In this document: piece after piece, positions 34,806-46,656 of the stretch
How positions within the stretch are numbered: position 1 is the stretch's first letter
Layout: each line of letters opens with the position of its first letter
Assembly: GCA_002269645.1 (NCBI GenBank)
Contig: NIVC01004419.1
Span: 1 to 46,656, forward strand
Source of the DNA: Macrostomum lignano
Lineage: Eukaryota
DNA: 46,656 nucleotides
Reading direction: 5' to 3'
Program-made: the position numbers and the translations under genes
Notes under the pieces: generated by a model
Told to the model about the DNA's origin: nothing
Database searches by the model: none
The model's input: the letters and a program-made list of their open reading frames with translations, nothing else

Positions 34806-35922
34806 GAGTGAGCGGTGAGCTGAGCGGTGCAAAATACAGGCGGCTGATTTCCCTCTGTGCCTACGCATGAGGTCTCCAGGTTCCTACTTATGATGAAGAA
34901 CTGAATGGGAAGCTGAGGAGCGCCCAACGTTTCGAACCAATAGCATTGCAGATGAAATTCGCTTCATCTCAGCTCAGCTCAACCCCCCCCCCCTACTCCC
35001 GGATCGGCTTCCCATAGCAACGCATTGCAGCTTTATCCACTCGATCTGCATTGTGCGCCGTCTTTAACGGCCAGGTGCCCCAAGCACTCTCCCGCATAAT
35101 CCAGGCAGCATTTTGCTTCATCTATACGCATATACGAGTATTTTAAATCCGGCCCTGGAACTCTGCATCACGGATGGGACTGGGGGAGGGGTTGGGAGTG
35201 AATAGCTGCAGTAGCAGAGCAAGCAGTCGAGCAGGAAGTGAAGTTGATGGAATCTCTCGTCCGTTTACTATTTTATCTCCCCGAGCTATCGGGATCAGTT
35301 TATCAGATTGCTTTTTAACTGAGCAAACGAAGCGATATGAAAATAGCAGCCTTAGCTAAATGCTCAAGACAAAAGTGTGTTCTAGTCATTTTTTGCTTTG
35401 CTTTTAGTCTCCTAGAAACTCCAACAAAGCTGTGAGCACAAAGCTGGAGCAGTCTCTGCGCCTGGGATGCTTATTATAAATGGAAATCCGAAAATACAGA
35501 GAGGATTTCTGAGACGCAAAATAGTTTTTGTAGTCACTTCCCAATTGAGGTTCGCATTTACAATGCAATTTTCACGAAGGCACAGGGACTTCTGTTCACT
35601 TCAAAGAAGCTTTAAAAATTTTTACAAATCATCTGATGCAACCAAGCCTCATTAGAGCCTTACGAGTACACAGATATATTGTTACGAGTAGGAATACGCT
35701 ACATTGATTTTTAAAAATTCACTTAAAGGGACTATTTTGCAAGCAGACTTTGGCCATAGACTAACCTGGTGCTTACAGACGCCCTCGACTCTAAGGCTAG
35801 CTCTTTAGTCTCACACCACAAAGCAAGCGTTAGTCGTCAGACACTCACTATAGCTGCGCTATCGCTTAGTTCCATCTTCCCGCTACATCGCTGCAGCCTC
35901 CCCACTAGCCAAGCCATACGCC

Positions 35923-38096
35923 ATGTCCGGAAGAAGTCTGCCAGAGCAATGCTCCAAGTCTGGGCCAGCTTTCTGCGCTTGGCAGTTCCCCAATGTCTCC
36001 ATGTCGGCCGCCACGGACGCCAAGACTCACTCGCAGCGGTGGAGCGTGCACCCGGGATTTCTCGACCCATTCCACGTGGTCTACCAGTGCGTGAAGCGGC
36101 TGAAAGCGGCCACGTACGTCAACGTGAAGTACGCCAGCAAGCTGCGCCCCGTAGAGGTCCGAGAGCAGCCACCGGATAAGACGCAGCTGTGCTTGGGTCT
36201 TCAGATCTACCTTACCAAGATCGTACCTGATGAGAAGGTGCGTTTTTGTTAACAATGCCGACTTGTTTGGAGAAAAAGATGATTCTTGAATTTTTTGCTG
36301 TTTGAGATGTTTGACTGGAACTAAAGTCATTGACAACTGTACATGCGTTAAGCTGCCGAAATTGCCCCACAACCAGCGCTGAGGCGATTCTGTCCATTCC
36401 GCTGACTCCTGAGCACAAACAAGCGCGCCAGTACTGTACGCAGGCACGCACTCAGGCACACGCTCACACAGGGTGTACACCTTTGACTTTCTAATCGTCA
36501 GGCATGTACACTCTCTGCGGCTTGGGGGCTGGCTCTCACGGGTGGGAATCGCGCGACAACCCTCTGCCAATTTTCGGGCACAAGCCACAAATTAATGTGG
36601 CCGCGAGAGAGTCGGGAGCGTTTACCGTTGAGCTGCTCTGCCACCACTGATCGTTGGCAGGAAGTTGGTTCATCAAAGTCTCAAGTTTGACTCAGTGTTG
36701 ACAAAACGCGTTTGCGTTTTAACTAAGGATGGGCTAATTTTGATTTGATTTTAATTTTGACAAGTTCAATCGGGCTCTATCCTCTTAGTTTTTCTAGGTC
36801 TACTGCCCTGGCTTAAGACTTGGACTGACTTAGTATCCTATCCAGTTTATTCTCTTTCATCATTCGTGATGTTTGTGTGCAACCGGACACTTGCTAGAAT
36901 CTTTCAACGTCGATGAGAATCCGTTTGGCAATTCGACACTCGCCAACAACAGTCTCCGTGCACTGAGTAGGTGCTGTTTTGGCTGTTCTATTCAATGCTC
37001 AAAATGGATTTAAAAGTCAATCTCTCAAGCAAAGCAAAATGGTCAAAGCAAGCAACTTGTATTTCAGTGCTAAGTTATTGCCTAGTTACTGCTCAGACGG
37101 AGTTACCTGGCCATCAATATGGTGTCGTGGAACCGTTGCATTCAAACAGGCTGTTTTTAAACCTATGTACTCGTAGATCGATAATAACTATTCTTAAACT
37201 ACCCTGCACATACTACTGCTAACCAACTATGCCAGGTTAACTATGACGTGAAGGAGCACATTAAAAACGGCTCATCCGAGAACGTGACCGCCGTGATTCG
37301 CAAATACGCCTGCTTGGAGCACGTGCTGCTGTTCCTGCTCAAGTACCTGAAAGAGCGCGGTCCGCTGATGAAGTTCAAATACAATTCCACCAGCCTGCTG
37401 AACGAGGTGACAGCCAATCCTCGCTATATGGTGTCAACTTTTCTCACCACCCTGTGCGAATTCGAACTGGACTTTCACGCCGCTGTGGTGCTTGGAGACT
37501 ACCTAAACTTCGTCCTGTACGTCGCCTACGCCCACGACCTGTTCTGGATGAAGGAGCTGCTGTCCGAAATCTGGGCCCCGCTCCTCATCGACTTCATCAA
37601 CGTTGGCGATCGAGTTGCTGACAACCTGACTGATGCGCAGAAGACCGGCAAGCAGCGCCTGATGATGCAGCGAATGATTGACACCCTGCCCTGGGAGAAG
37701 CTGAAAAGCCAGGAGAACATCAAGATCACCGTCAACCCGCAGATTCACGATTCTTACTTGAAACGGAAGGCGGCGGAGGCAGCCAGCCTGATGCAGCGGC
37801 TGACCACCAAGCCGGTTCACCAGACCACTCTGCTGACTGGAGGTGGCGGCATCACCAAGCTGCTGGGCAGCCTCGACACCAAGGGACCGGAGATTCTCGG
37901 CGATGATCCGGCCGCAATCGCGGCTCGCGAAGCCGAGGAACTCGAGAAGAAGAAACGCGAGGAGGAGGCCGTGAAGCGAAAGGCGATGGAGGACGAGAAT
38001 CGCGACTATAGCAGCGACTACGGCTACAGCCAGGACTTCCTTGAAAAGCACGCGCCTCACGGCATGTGCAAGCCGGGCTTTGACAACACATTGTGA
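35923..38096 (+). CDS. Uncharacterised ~391-aa protein with a possible degenerate RhoGAP-like fold and charged C-terminal tail
   Basis: Exons 35923-36237 (AAG|gtgcgt) and 37236-38096 (ccag|GTT), joined in phase 0. GC3-rich codons. The RhoGAP resemblance is by eye only: PFHVVYQCVKRL, LLFLLKYLKERGPLMKF, MKELLSEIWAPLL. Confidence 0.75.
36340..36650 (-). mobile_element. SINE-like repeat, family A, minus-strand intronic copy
   Basis: Reverse complement contains cagctcaacggtaaacgc (tRNA-like head), ttaatttgtggct, gtgtacatgcctgacgattagaaa..tgtacaccctgtgtga (matches 10125-10175) and gtgctcaggagtcagcggaatg (matches ~45033-45056). Confidence 0.65.
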
Positions 38097-39818
38097 TTTG
38101 CAGCGCATTGTCACTCCAAAGCTGCTGGAAACGAGACAAAATGGAACAGACCTGGACTGGCACAAGCTATCTAAACTTGAATCAGTTGCTTTTATTTCTT
38201 GGATTCAATATTTTAGTTTAATTTCCAAGGTTGATTACTGTAGCTATTTTTAGGAACGCATCGTATTGATGGAGTGCTCCCTCGTTTTCTACAGGTTTCC
38301 TGAAGTTTGTCAGGAAGCTGGTTGAATCCTGGATCCAACAACTTCTCTAGAATGCCTTTGGAGCTCGGCTTTATTCTACAAATGAAACTTGTCTTCAGTT
38401 ACGGTATGTTATTGTTTTCGCTCATTAGTAAGGTCTTGTAGGGCCCGCAGTGTAGGTTTCTGACGTTGCCATGGTACGCGCCCAACCCAAGCGCATACAT
38501 GTAAGCCTACGGCTATCACTGAACTTCATTTGCTAAACTTCTCTATTCAAGCGCGCTGTGATGTTCGTGGCTTCGTCTCTAGAAATTATTTTTAGTATAT
38601 GGATTAGAATTCCCATATTAGGACAGTTTCTCTCCTGCTAAGCTTTAAGGATGCTGAAAAAACTATTTTGATTTCATTCTACCTTTTTTATCCTTCACTG
38701 GCCTCTCACTTTGCTTGTTGCTTTCCAGCGGCAGGGCCAAGTGCGGTTCTTTAGTTGCCACCCTCTCTGGTGCTTGCATTGCTTTCTACTTTATTACAGT
38801 GTTATTTTAATTTTAACAAATGCCTTAAAGTGTAGCTTTTAGGATCTTAGTAGCTTGCACAGGGTAGGTTCATTTTGCAACACATAAATGGATATAAATA
38901 AATATTTTTTCCAACACGTTGACGGCATCCGCTATGAAACCTGATGCATCTAATTTATTACCTTGAAAGAGATGGCATTATATTTTCGAGCTTAATTATC
39001 TTCTGCTTGAAACTCTGGCGACCTTTTTAGATATTAAAAAATAGTTTTGCTACTTAGTTATAAGTAGTCAAATCATGCGACTCGTGTGAAATTTCTAATC
39101 ATAATTTTATTTTAAAAGTTGTAATTAAACCAAATCAGATTAAACTGTGATTCAAGTTGAAAACATATTCTGTTGTATCCGTACACGATTAAATCTTTAA
39201 CGTGGCCGCTAAGTGAAACATTCTAAGCACAAATTGGAAAGCAGCATATCTCGTACAGTTGTATCCGGGAGAAATCAGCCTTATACATGTAGCTGTATCG
39301 TATACATGTTGATAGCTCCCTATCTGCCCTCAAATACAAGCAATGTGCGACTATCTGCACACTCTGCCCTCGGGTAATAAGCTACGGATAAACTGTGCCG
39401 CGGCTCGAGACGAGAGGAACGCTCAGTTGGTCGGGTGTGAGTGTGCACGGTAGCCAAGGTATGCTTGTTGTGCTTATGCGCCAGAAAGCTACACAAGCCG
39501 CCAGCCAAGCGGAGGGGGTGGGTGCTAGCTCCTCGCGAGTGGGCGACCGACCACTCTATCCATATTAGTTTGTACATGCCTTCACTCCACCCTTGTCCCG
39601 ACGACAGACAGCCCAGGCAGTTTCGCACAGGGCCGCCACTCTCTCTCACCCATTCTCTCTCTCTGTGCACGGCACAACTTTTGCAAAGCTTATTACGACC
39701 TAATAGAAGCAAGCCAAATTCGCAGTGAAAAATTTCAAAATTCACGGATAAAGAAACGTTTCTGCAGGCATCCGAAGAATAGTCCAGAGGTTTTCGCAGC
39801 GAATCGCCTGAAATTCAT

Positions 39819-42800
39819 ATGGAGCCGCTGGATCGAGATGAATACGCCAGACGGTTTCGGGCCTCACGAAATCTGATCGTCACGGCGGCGCAGAACCGAC
39901 AGCGCTACCTGCAGCAGATGGCTCGCTGCATCGACGACAGCCAGGTGGCCGTGGAACAGGCTAAGCGGAAGCACCCACGAGTGACTTTCACTCAAAGCGA
40001 GGAGGAGCTGGCCCAGGCGCGAACTCAGCTACTTAACCAGCTCCCTCTGTCCCTGATTGTATTCGGTCGAAGCAACACGGGGAAGTCGACGCTGCTGAAT
40101 CAGATTCTGCGCTACTGGCCGGACCAGGACGGCGTGACACTGTTCCCAACTGCGGGCCACAACTGTTCAGCCAGGGTGGCTGTTGTCAAATACGGTCCAT
40201 CCAACGAGATCCAACTTCTCAGCCTGCGTCCCAGTTCACCAATGGTGCTGGAGCAGAAGGCCTTTACGACCAGCGAGAGCATCCGAGACTTTATGGACCT
40301 CGAACATAGTCGGCGAGAAGTGGAGGAAGAGTTGTGGAAGCTGGTGCAGATTCAGCTTCCACAACCGCTGCTGCAAGGTAACCTTCAGGTCGTTGACAGT
40401 CCAGGAATGGGAGAGAATGAAGTCATGAACAAGGTGGTGAAGGAGTTTTTGTCGCGGCTAAAATCTGGCATAATTATCTACGTTGTGGACGGCATGGAAG
40501 GCTACAAGCCAAATCCGGTAAGAGTTTATCATGCTTGCATTGCTCAAATACTCATATGAAATACTCCAAAATCGGGTGAACTTAAATATTAGTCAAGTAA
40601 GCGTCTATTAAGACGACCAATGAGCACAAGTAAAAATGAAAACCGGTTTGAATTCCCAAAAATATACACTTTTATCTACATAAATCGTCTATTTATCCGC
40701 TAGGACAAGGAAAACATCAAATTTCTGATGGAGCAATCTACTGCCCTGCAACGGCTGATCGTGGCGAATCGTATCGATTTTGACTTCGTCTCATGGTTTA
40801 ACAACCAAGAATTAGATTATGACCTTGAAGAAGACCCGCTTGAAGATGTGCTCGACGGTCTCAGGGAGGATATGGGATTCGACTACGCTGAAATTTGCGA
40901 GCAACACTCGACCAAGCAGCTTAACGCGGTAAGACAGAAAGTGAAATATGAACATCCAGACTACCTCACAGGTGACAGGAACGTGGAGGACTTGGTCATC
41001 GGAGTATCTGCTAAGTCGGTCAAAGATTTTATCACCAACCAGCAAACGCTGACTCATGCTCCGTACGTGGATTCCTTCCTGCAACTGGAGAGCCGCATCG
41101 CCGCTTTGGTGTATGAGAACGGTCGTCATCATCTGCAGGATGCAGCGAGGATCGCTCAGAGGCATCTGATGCAGACTAAGACTCTATTGGCGAACTTCTA
41201 TGGCGACCACTCTGAGAGGGGTCAGAAGATGATGGAGTTGCTAGAGAAAAGCATCGTGACTTTAAACGAGATTTTCCGGCAAATCTGCCTATCGCTGAAC
41301 AGTGTGCTTGCATGCGACTCGCTCGACCTCGGCAACCAGAACAGCGAGCTGAACCGTCTCAAGACCCGCTTCGTGCGCGAGGACGTCCCGCCGGAACAGC
41401 AGGCCATTGACACGTCACTAATGATGCGCGAGAGCGAGGCAAGGTTCATGGAGTCACTCATCAGAACTTCCGGGGGCAGCCGCGAAGCTAAGGTGGCTAT
41501 TCGCCTGCTATGCGATTTCAAAGATACAGTTGTCAGCAGGATGCGCACCATACTGATGTGGAACTTTAAGATGATATTTATGGTGGAAGCCAACAGACCA
41601 TTGAGCAAGCTAGAATCAGATTGCAAGAAGCTCTTGGACAGCCTGAAAATGCAGTCGGCTCAATTGAGCAGCGGAAACGAATGCGAATACGTAATTGGGC
41701 TGGTAAGTTCTCAGATGCTTTCACCGAATCCGGCAGTGTTTGACCAGGTGTGCACGGAAAAGCTGACTGACTCAATGCGGCAGGCGCTTGGATCCGCCGT
41801 TCACCGAGACGAGTTCCGCCGCATCATCGATTCTCTAACGCCGCAGTTCAACCGGTCCGATGAGGAGCGCGATCGAGTGCTCACCTACTTTATGAACAAC
41901 GTGGATCTGACGCAGCAGATTGCCAATGTCATTACCGAGTACAAGAATCAAATAAAAACTCAGAAGGTAGTCGTAGAAAATCTGCTTTCAGCGCAACTTC
42001 AAAACATGCGGGAGCGAAAGACGCGGAGCCAGGAGGAGCTGGATGACATGCGATCGCACAACGAGAAAATGTCGGCCATGAGTTTCTACATCGATGCGCT
42101 GGTCACGGAGGCTAACTGGACGGCTGATTATGAAATCAGTGAGCAGCTTTTGGACTGTTAATTTACGAGTAGTCAATTGGCTAAACACCAGCTTTTAGCT
42201 TTCAATGGTGGAATGTAAATAAACACGGGAATCAACATCTATCAATGAGATGACTAGATAGTCTGTAGTATTTATGAATTTTTCTAGAGGGGTTGTTTAA
42301 CGTCCTAAGAAACGACCTTAAATGAAGTACGTATATGGTAGCTTAATTTGCATTTTAGCCGTCAAACTTGTATACTCGAATACTCATAAACCACGCAGGT
42401 CTGCGAGAATTCCAGGAACAACTTGCCAGCATGACGTCTTCGGTATCTCCGGAGCGACTGCAGCGTCGGCTAAAGCCAAGATTTGCCAGGTCGTGCGAAC
42501 AGCACGGGGCCGGCGCTACCGCAGACCTGTTGCTGCACTACCGCCTGGTCAGGATGCAGCAGGACGATGCCAGGCGATTGGCTTCAGATGTGGCTCAAGT
42601 TGGGTTAGTGCCGATGCTTTTTAAGCTCTATGAATGGGTTTTAACACTGCTTTGTTTAGTTATGAAATCAGCAGTCTGTTCTCTCAACTGCATTTGTTTT
42701 ACGAGATAAGTTGGGGTGGTAGCCTAATGGTTAGACCGTCGGACTCACAACTGCAAGGTCGGGGTTCGATTCTCGACCCACTCGGAACAATTTGTGTCCT

Positions 42801-44042
42801 TCAGCCAGACACTTAAATATCTGCATTGCTTCAGTTCACCCAGCTGTAGTTCCACAGCTCTTCAGTTCACGAGCTGTAAAATGGGTGCCAGAATTAAGCT
42901 GGGGTAATTGGGGGTATGTAGGGCGACCCCCCAGTCCTTGGACCTTGGATTGAACAGCCGTACCCAGCCTTCAGATGCCCCGCGCAATAGCTGCGGCTGA
43001 GCTGTCAGTTGCTCGCCTGCCCATTGGTAACTAAGTTGAAACTAAGTTGAAACATGACCCAGAATGTCTTTTGAGTCTGTTTGGCTCCTATTTCAAGGTT
43101 ACGAGCGTAAAATCACTAAGGCTCTGGTTCCCAAAAGCAAGCGTAAAGTAGACGAGTAAATACGAGCATACTTGAGCAAAAAAGGTAAATTATACTTTTT
43201 TATTGAAACGATGCCTAGCATAGTAAAGGAGAAAAAAGTCTGTAAAATACGCCAAGCTTTGCTAGAATAGGCCCAGGGAAAACAGTATGCCTCTGAAATG
43301 CTCCACTCTGATCTACAGGAGTCGCCTGGCCGGGTCTGTACGCCTGAGCTGGCTCAGCCTGGCTGACAACTATCGCGCTCACATGGAGGAGCCTGAGGCC
43401 CGTTTGCTAATCGGCTTCGACGGCAATTACGTCAGCCTGGCTGAGCTCCCGCCCGGCGCCTCACCGATGCCATCCGCCTTGTCCTACTACGGCGCCTCGT
43501 AGACTGTTGGGCCAGCCTGTCCAGCCTCGCTCACCGGCCGAGCGACTACCGGCCTTCCTGCGTCCTGCTGCGACGCCGGCATCCTGACGAAGCCGAGCAA
43601 ATCAAGACATTGACGGCCTGGCCAGCGACGAGGCGTTTCGGACCCGACTCTGACGATCTCCTCGGAGGGCGATGCCGGGTCGCTGGCCGCCTGCGCTGCG
43701 TCGCTGTTCGTTCACGAGTGCCGCGACAAGGACAACGATGCAGTTACCAATGCTGCCGGCTGGGACGCGAGGCAGGCCAGCGAACTCCAGCTGCTGACCG
43801 GGGATCGAGACCGCTACCTGGCCGGGCTGAGGCGCCGGCTTGTCCGAGACGGCCGGCCGGAGGGTCTCATCACCGGCGTCGTTCGCTGCGTTCGCGCCTG
43901 CCTCGAAGCCTCGAATTTAGATGCAGAATCGCTGAGCGATGGTGCCGACGAGAGAGAGCAGCTGGCAGCTTTGCGGATGAAGAAAATCCAGGAGGCGAGG
44001 GCTGAGTTACAGACGGCTGCTGGCGCCATTGAAAAGCAATGA
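39819..44042 (+). CDS. Dynamin-like GTPase + helical region + degenerate protein-kinase-like domain (DSTYK-like architecture), ~1,030 aa
   Basis: Exons 39819-40517, 40704-42156, 42399-42603 and 43319-44042, with matching phases 0/1/2. GTPase motifs: G1 GRSNTGKS, G3 DSPG, G4 NRID. Kinase-like remnants: GAGATAD, HRPSDYRPSCVLL, DIDGLA, SSEGDAGSLAAC, VVRCVRACL. The last exon needs three -1 frame corrections. The GTPase part (exons 1-2) is more certain than the C-terminal extension; a version ending at 42161 is the alternative. Confidence 0.7.
42713..42915 (+). mobile_element. tRNA-derived SINE with CORE-like domain, family B, copy 2
   Basis: ggggtggtagcctaatggttagacc...ggggttcgattctcgaccc head, then gtgtccttcagccagacacttaa..ttcagttcacccagctgt (locally duplicated)..aaaatgggtgccag..agctggggtaattg, colinear with 27897-28065. 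Confidence 0.8.
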
Positions 44043-44944
44043 GCTGGAGGGCAACTCAAGTGCCGACTCTGGTACTTCATAAAGTTTCCGCTGATAGTTC
44101 AGCTACCTTAATATTACTCTTGAAAAGAATCACCCCCGTAATAAGGGATCGTTTGATTTTAACAATTATTAACTACTTTTGAATCGGTGCAGGTGAATGT
44201 TCGGGCGAACGAATTTCTTGCTTTCCTACTGCGCCAGCTCAGATACAAACTTAGCTTTAATGGCATCCTTTTGACGCACGCTTTGATAAAGTAGTCCATG
44301 CTCCGACTTACCTATTCGTCATGCAACTAAACGATAGATTCTCTACTTCTCTAGCTACCCGTGACCGCAAGCATAAGAGTTTGAAGCAATGCTTTGACAC
44401 GAAAAGCCTTTGGCCACCACTGCTAGTCCTATATGTTGCTATACTCGTATGTTCGTGTAATAGCAATTACATATCAATCAGAATCATATAAAATAGGAAT
44501 CATATAAGTATAAGAATCGCGAAAATATTTTTACATAGTATTGACAACATATTATATAAATTAGACAAATGTGCTGCGCCAATGTTTGTTATATTCGATA
44601 GATATTTTTAGAGATCGCTCAGTACTTAATAAATGCTATTTATGAATGATGCCGCCCCTTTTCCTGACTAGCCGCGTGCATATTCAATAATTCAAATTCT
44701 GTCCGAATAAATACACACAATTTAATAACCCGTCATCTGCATTGCAATTCACAATTTATTTCGTCCATTTTTTTTCATATTCAATTCCGTCACGACTACA
44801 GATCTAAGAACAGCAAAAACATGTGATCTGGAACAATAGCTCCTATGGGTACTGTAAGATACTCACGAAAGTAGCTTCTTCTAATTTTTCTATTTCTTTC
44901 TTCAAGCATCGATGTAGTCAGACAATCATAAAGATGATTTCGCA

Positions 44945-45135
44945 GGCGCTCTTATGTGCCGGTGGCCTAGGTTCGATTCCAAGTGCGATCGCATTGATTT
45001 GGGTCGACGGAGGGCCGCTGTACGTATTCGCGTGCTCAGGGGAGTCTGCGGAATGTTTAATAATGCCCCTCGCCGGTTCTGGGACATGTCGCTTAAAGTG
45101 CGCTAGGGTGCATGCAGCCCCCCGTATTTACTAAA
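44945..45135 (+). mobile_element. SINE-like repeat, family A, internally shortened copy
   Basis: ctcttatgtgccggtggcctaggttcgattccaagt..cgcattgatttgggtc matches copy 1; the 3' end matches the 30822 copy. Confidence 0.6.
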
Positions 45136-45591
45136 AAATTCAACTCGTCCAGACTCACTGTTCAATAATCATGTATCAATAAAAGTTAAAATCAAGGACG
45201 ACTCGTAGAAGTAAACTGACATATTTGCGAAATGTAGCAAGGAAAAGTTTCAAAGGCCACATTTAATGGAAATCGAATAAGATTGGACTGAGAATCGGAC
45301 ATTATTCGATTTTTTCAGTTGTTGTCTCTATGCTTTCATCCACATCCTGGTCTCAGCTGGGCCATTTATGCGTGTACAATAAAAATTCTATTGTAATTTT
45401 ACAAGCCGTGCTTAAACTGACAACTTCTTTAAGCATCTCCTATCGCCCATAGACAGGCGTCAAGTTTTCGAGTAAATGCTAATAACGCGTTTGACAATAT
45501 TAGCAGCATAACAAAACACCAACTAACTGACATGGTGAATTGCAGATTGTAGCAATTTGCATTGCTATTTACCAGCCACACACGGCTAGCC

Positions 45592-46061
45592 ATGCACGGC
45601 ACTGACTGTTGCGAAAACTGGCCGGAACGGGAGCAGCAAGAGCAGCTTCTGCAAGAAGACGCAGTGAACTGGAAGGACTGCATCCACCGTTGGAAGTGTA
45701 GCCGAGAGAAATGGCGCCAGGAAACGGTGAAGCTGCAAAGCCAGCTGTACGACATGACACACAGCGCCTTTCACTGGCGCAAGCAGGTCTCCATAGTCCA
45801 CAGCGGGCTGACCAAGATGCACGAATCTTTGCTTAACTGGCAAGCCGAAGCTCATCGTTGTCGGAAGCGTCGCAGCAATGGCGGAATGAGAGCTACCTGT
45901 GGCGAGAACAGGCACAGCTGTGGAAAAAGCAGTGCAGCGAGCTGATGGAGCGAGTGGACAATCATCAGATTGCTCAGCTGCACCAGGCCAGGCACCTGTA
46001 TTGCGCACAGATGAGGCAGCAGTACGAAGGCCAGTCGCAGTCCTGTTGTCCGGCGCACTAA
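45592..46061 (+). CDS. Tryptophan-heptad coiled-coil protein (~156 aa after one +1 correction near 45857); possibly one exon of a larger gene
   Basis: gccATG at 45592 with a ttaccag acceptor at 45575. Joining ORFs 45562.. and 45858.. keeps a 15-heptad hydrophobic register. Confidence 0.55.
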
Positions 46062-46656
46062 GCCTCGACAACCTGCTGCTGCAGAGAAGCGACTGAAGGT
46101 GCCTAAAAGAGGTATGGAACTACCGTAGAGATATGGCAAATAGGAAAATTATTTGGATCGCCCGTATGTCATAAAGTATTTGCTTTTTCATGTCCTCATG
46201 TTTATTTTTACCCTATTCATTTCAAATACCCGTGGCTATTTCATATTGAGAATATTGTTGCAGGATTTCAGCCAATGTACTTGAACACACTTTGTAGACA
46301 TAATATGTATTACAAGCACTTACCTTAAACAAGGTTCATATTAACAGATATTTTTCATGAAAACACTTTTTTCATCGAAGCATTTTTGTGCGCTTCTGTA
46401 GACTCGGGTCTCCAACTCAGCGAAACTTGCGAATTGGCTAGCTGTGCAGACCGCGAAAATAGCAGACTATAAAAGCACTGTGCCAGAGTTTGGCCTACTT
46501 TCAAGCTTTATGCACAGCTCTCGGTCGGTGTGCCATGTACTTATTCACTGTCGGTTATTTTTCGTTTAAAAATGTTAGCCCTACATTTACTGAGCAGTGT
46601 AGGAATGTAAAAAGTATCTACAGTAAATAAATATACTGTATTACCTTTTTATGCTT

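Noticed and set aside
42713-42785. tRNA gene (Val-CAC-like cloverleaf head)
   Set aside because: It runs directly into a CORE-like SINE body and has a diverged paralog at 27897; it is a SINE head rather than a tRNA.

Overview
Eukaryotic (metazoan, invertebrate-like) genomic DNA: GC-rich GT-AG exons separated by AT-rich, repeat-filled introns. A flatworm such as Macrostomum is my guess, but the sequence does not prove it. Five protein-coding loci can be reconstructed by hand. (1) A 13-exon, ~3,000-aa bark beetle/Anakonda-like tricellular-junction protein (329-19058, +). (2) A 3-exon tandem-C2 synaptotagmin-like gene (24118-34805, -). (3) A 2-exon gene with a weak, degenerate RhoGAP-like signature (35923-38096, +). 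(4) A 4-exon dynamin-like GTPase plus degenerate kinase (DSTYK-like architecture; 39819-44042, +). (5) A small protein with tryptophan at heptad spacing (45592-46061, +). The most notable accessory element lies in intron 2 of the C2 gene: an intact, intronless Crypton-type tyrosine recombinase ORF (25054-26559). It is flanked by a GAA-loop hairpin, 17-bp inverted repeats, 27-bp direct repeats and CCATAGA termini, and has a MITE nested in its right end. The terminal octamer CCATAGAC recurs 12 times in the window and also bounds small non-coding elements. Also present are a hAT-type MITE with an 8-bp TSD, two tRNA-derived SINE families (one with a CORE-like domain), and about 15 different intronic mini/microsatellites. 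Several genes show single-base frame breaks that look like long-read consensus errors.
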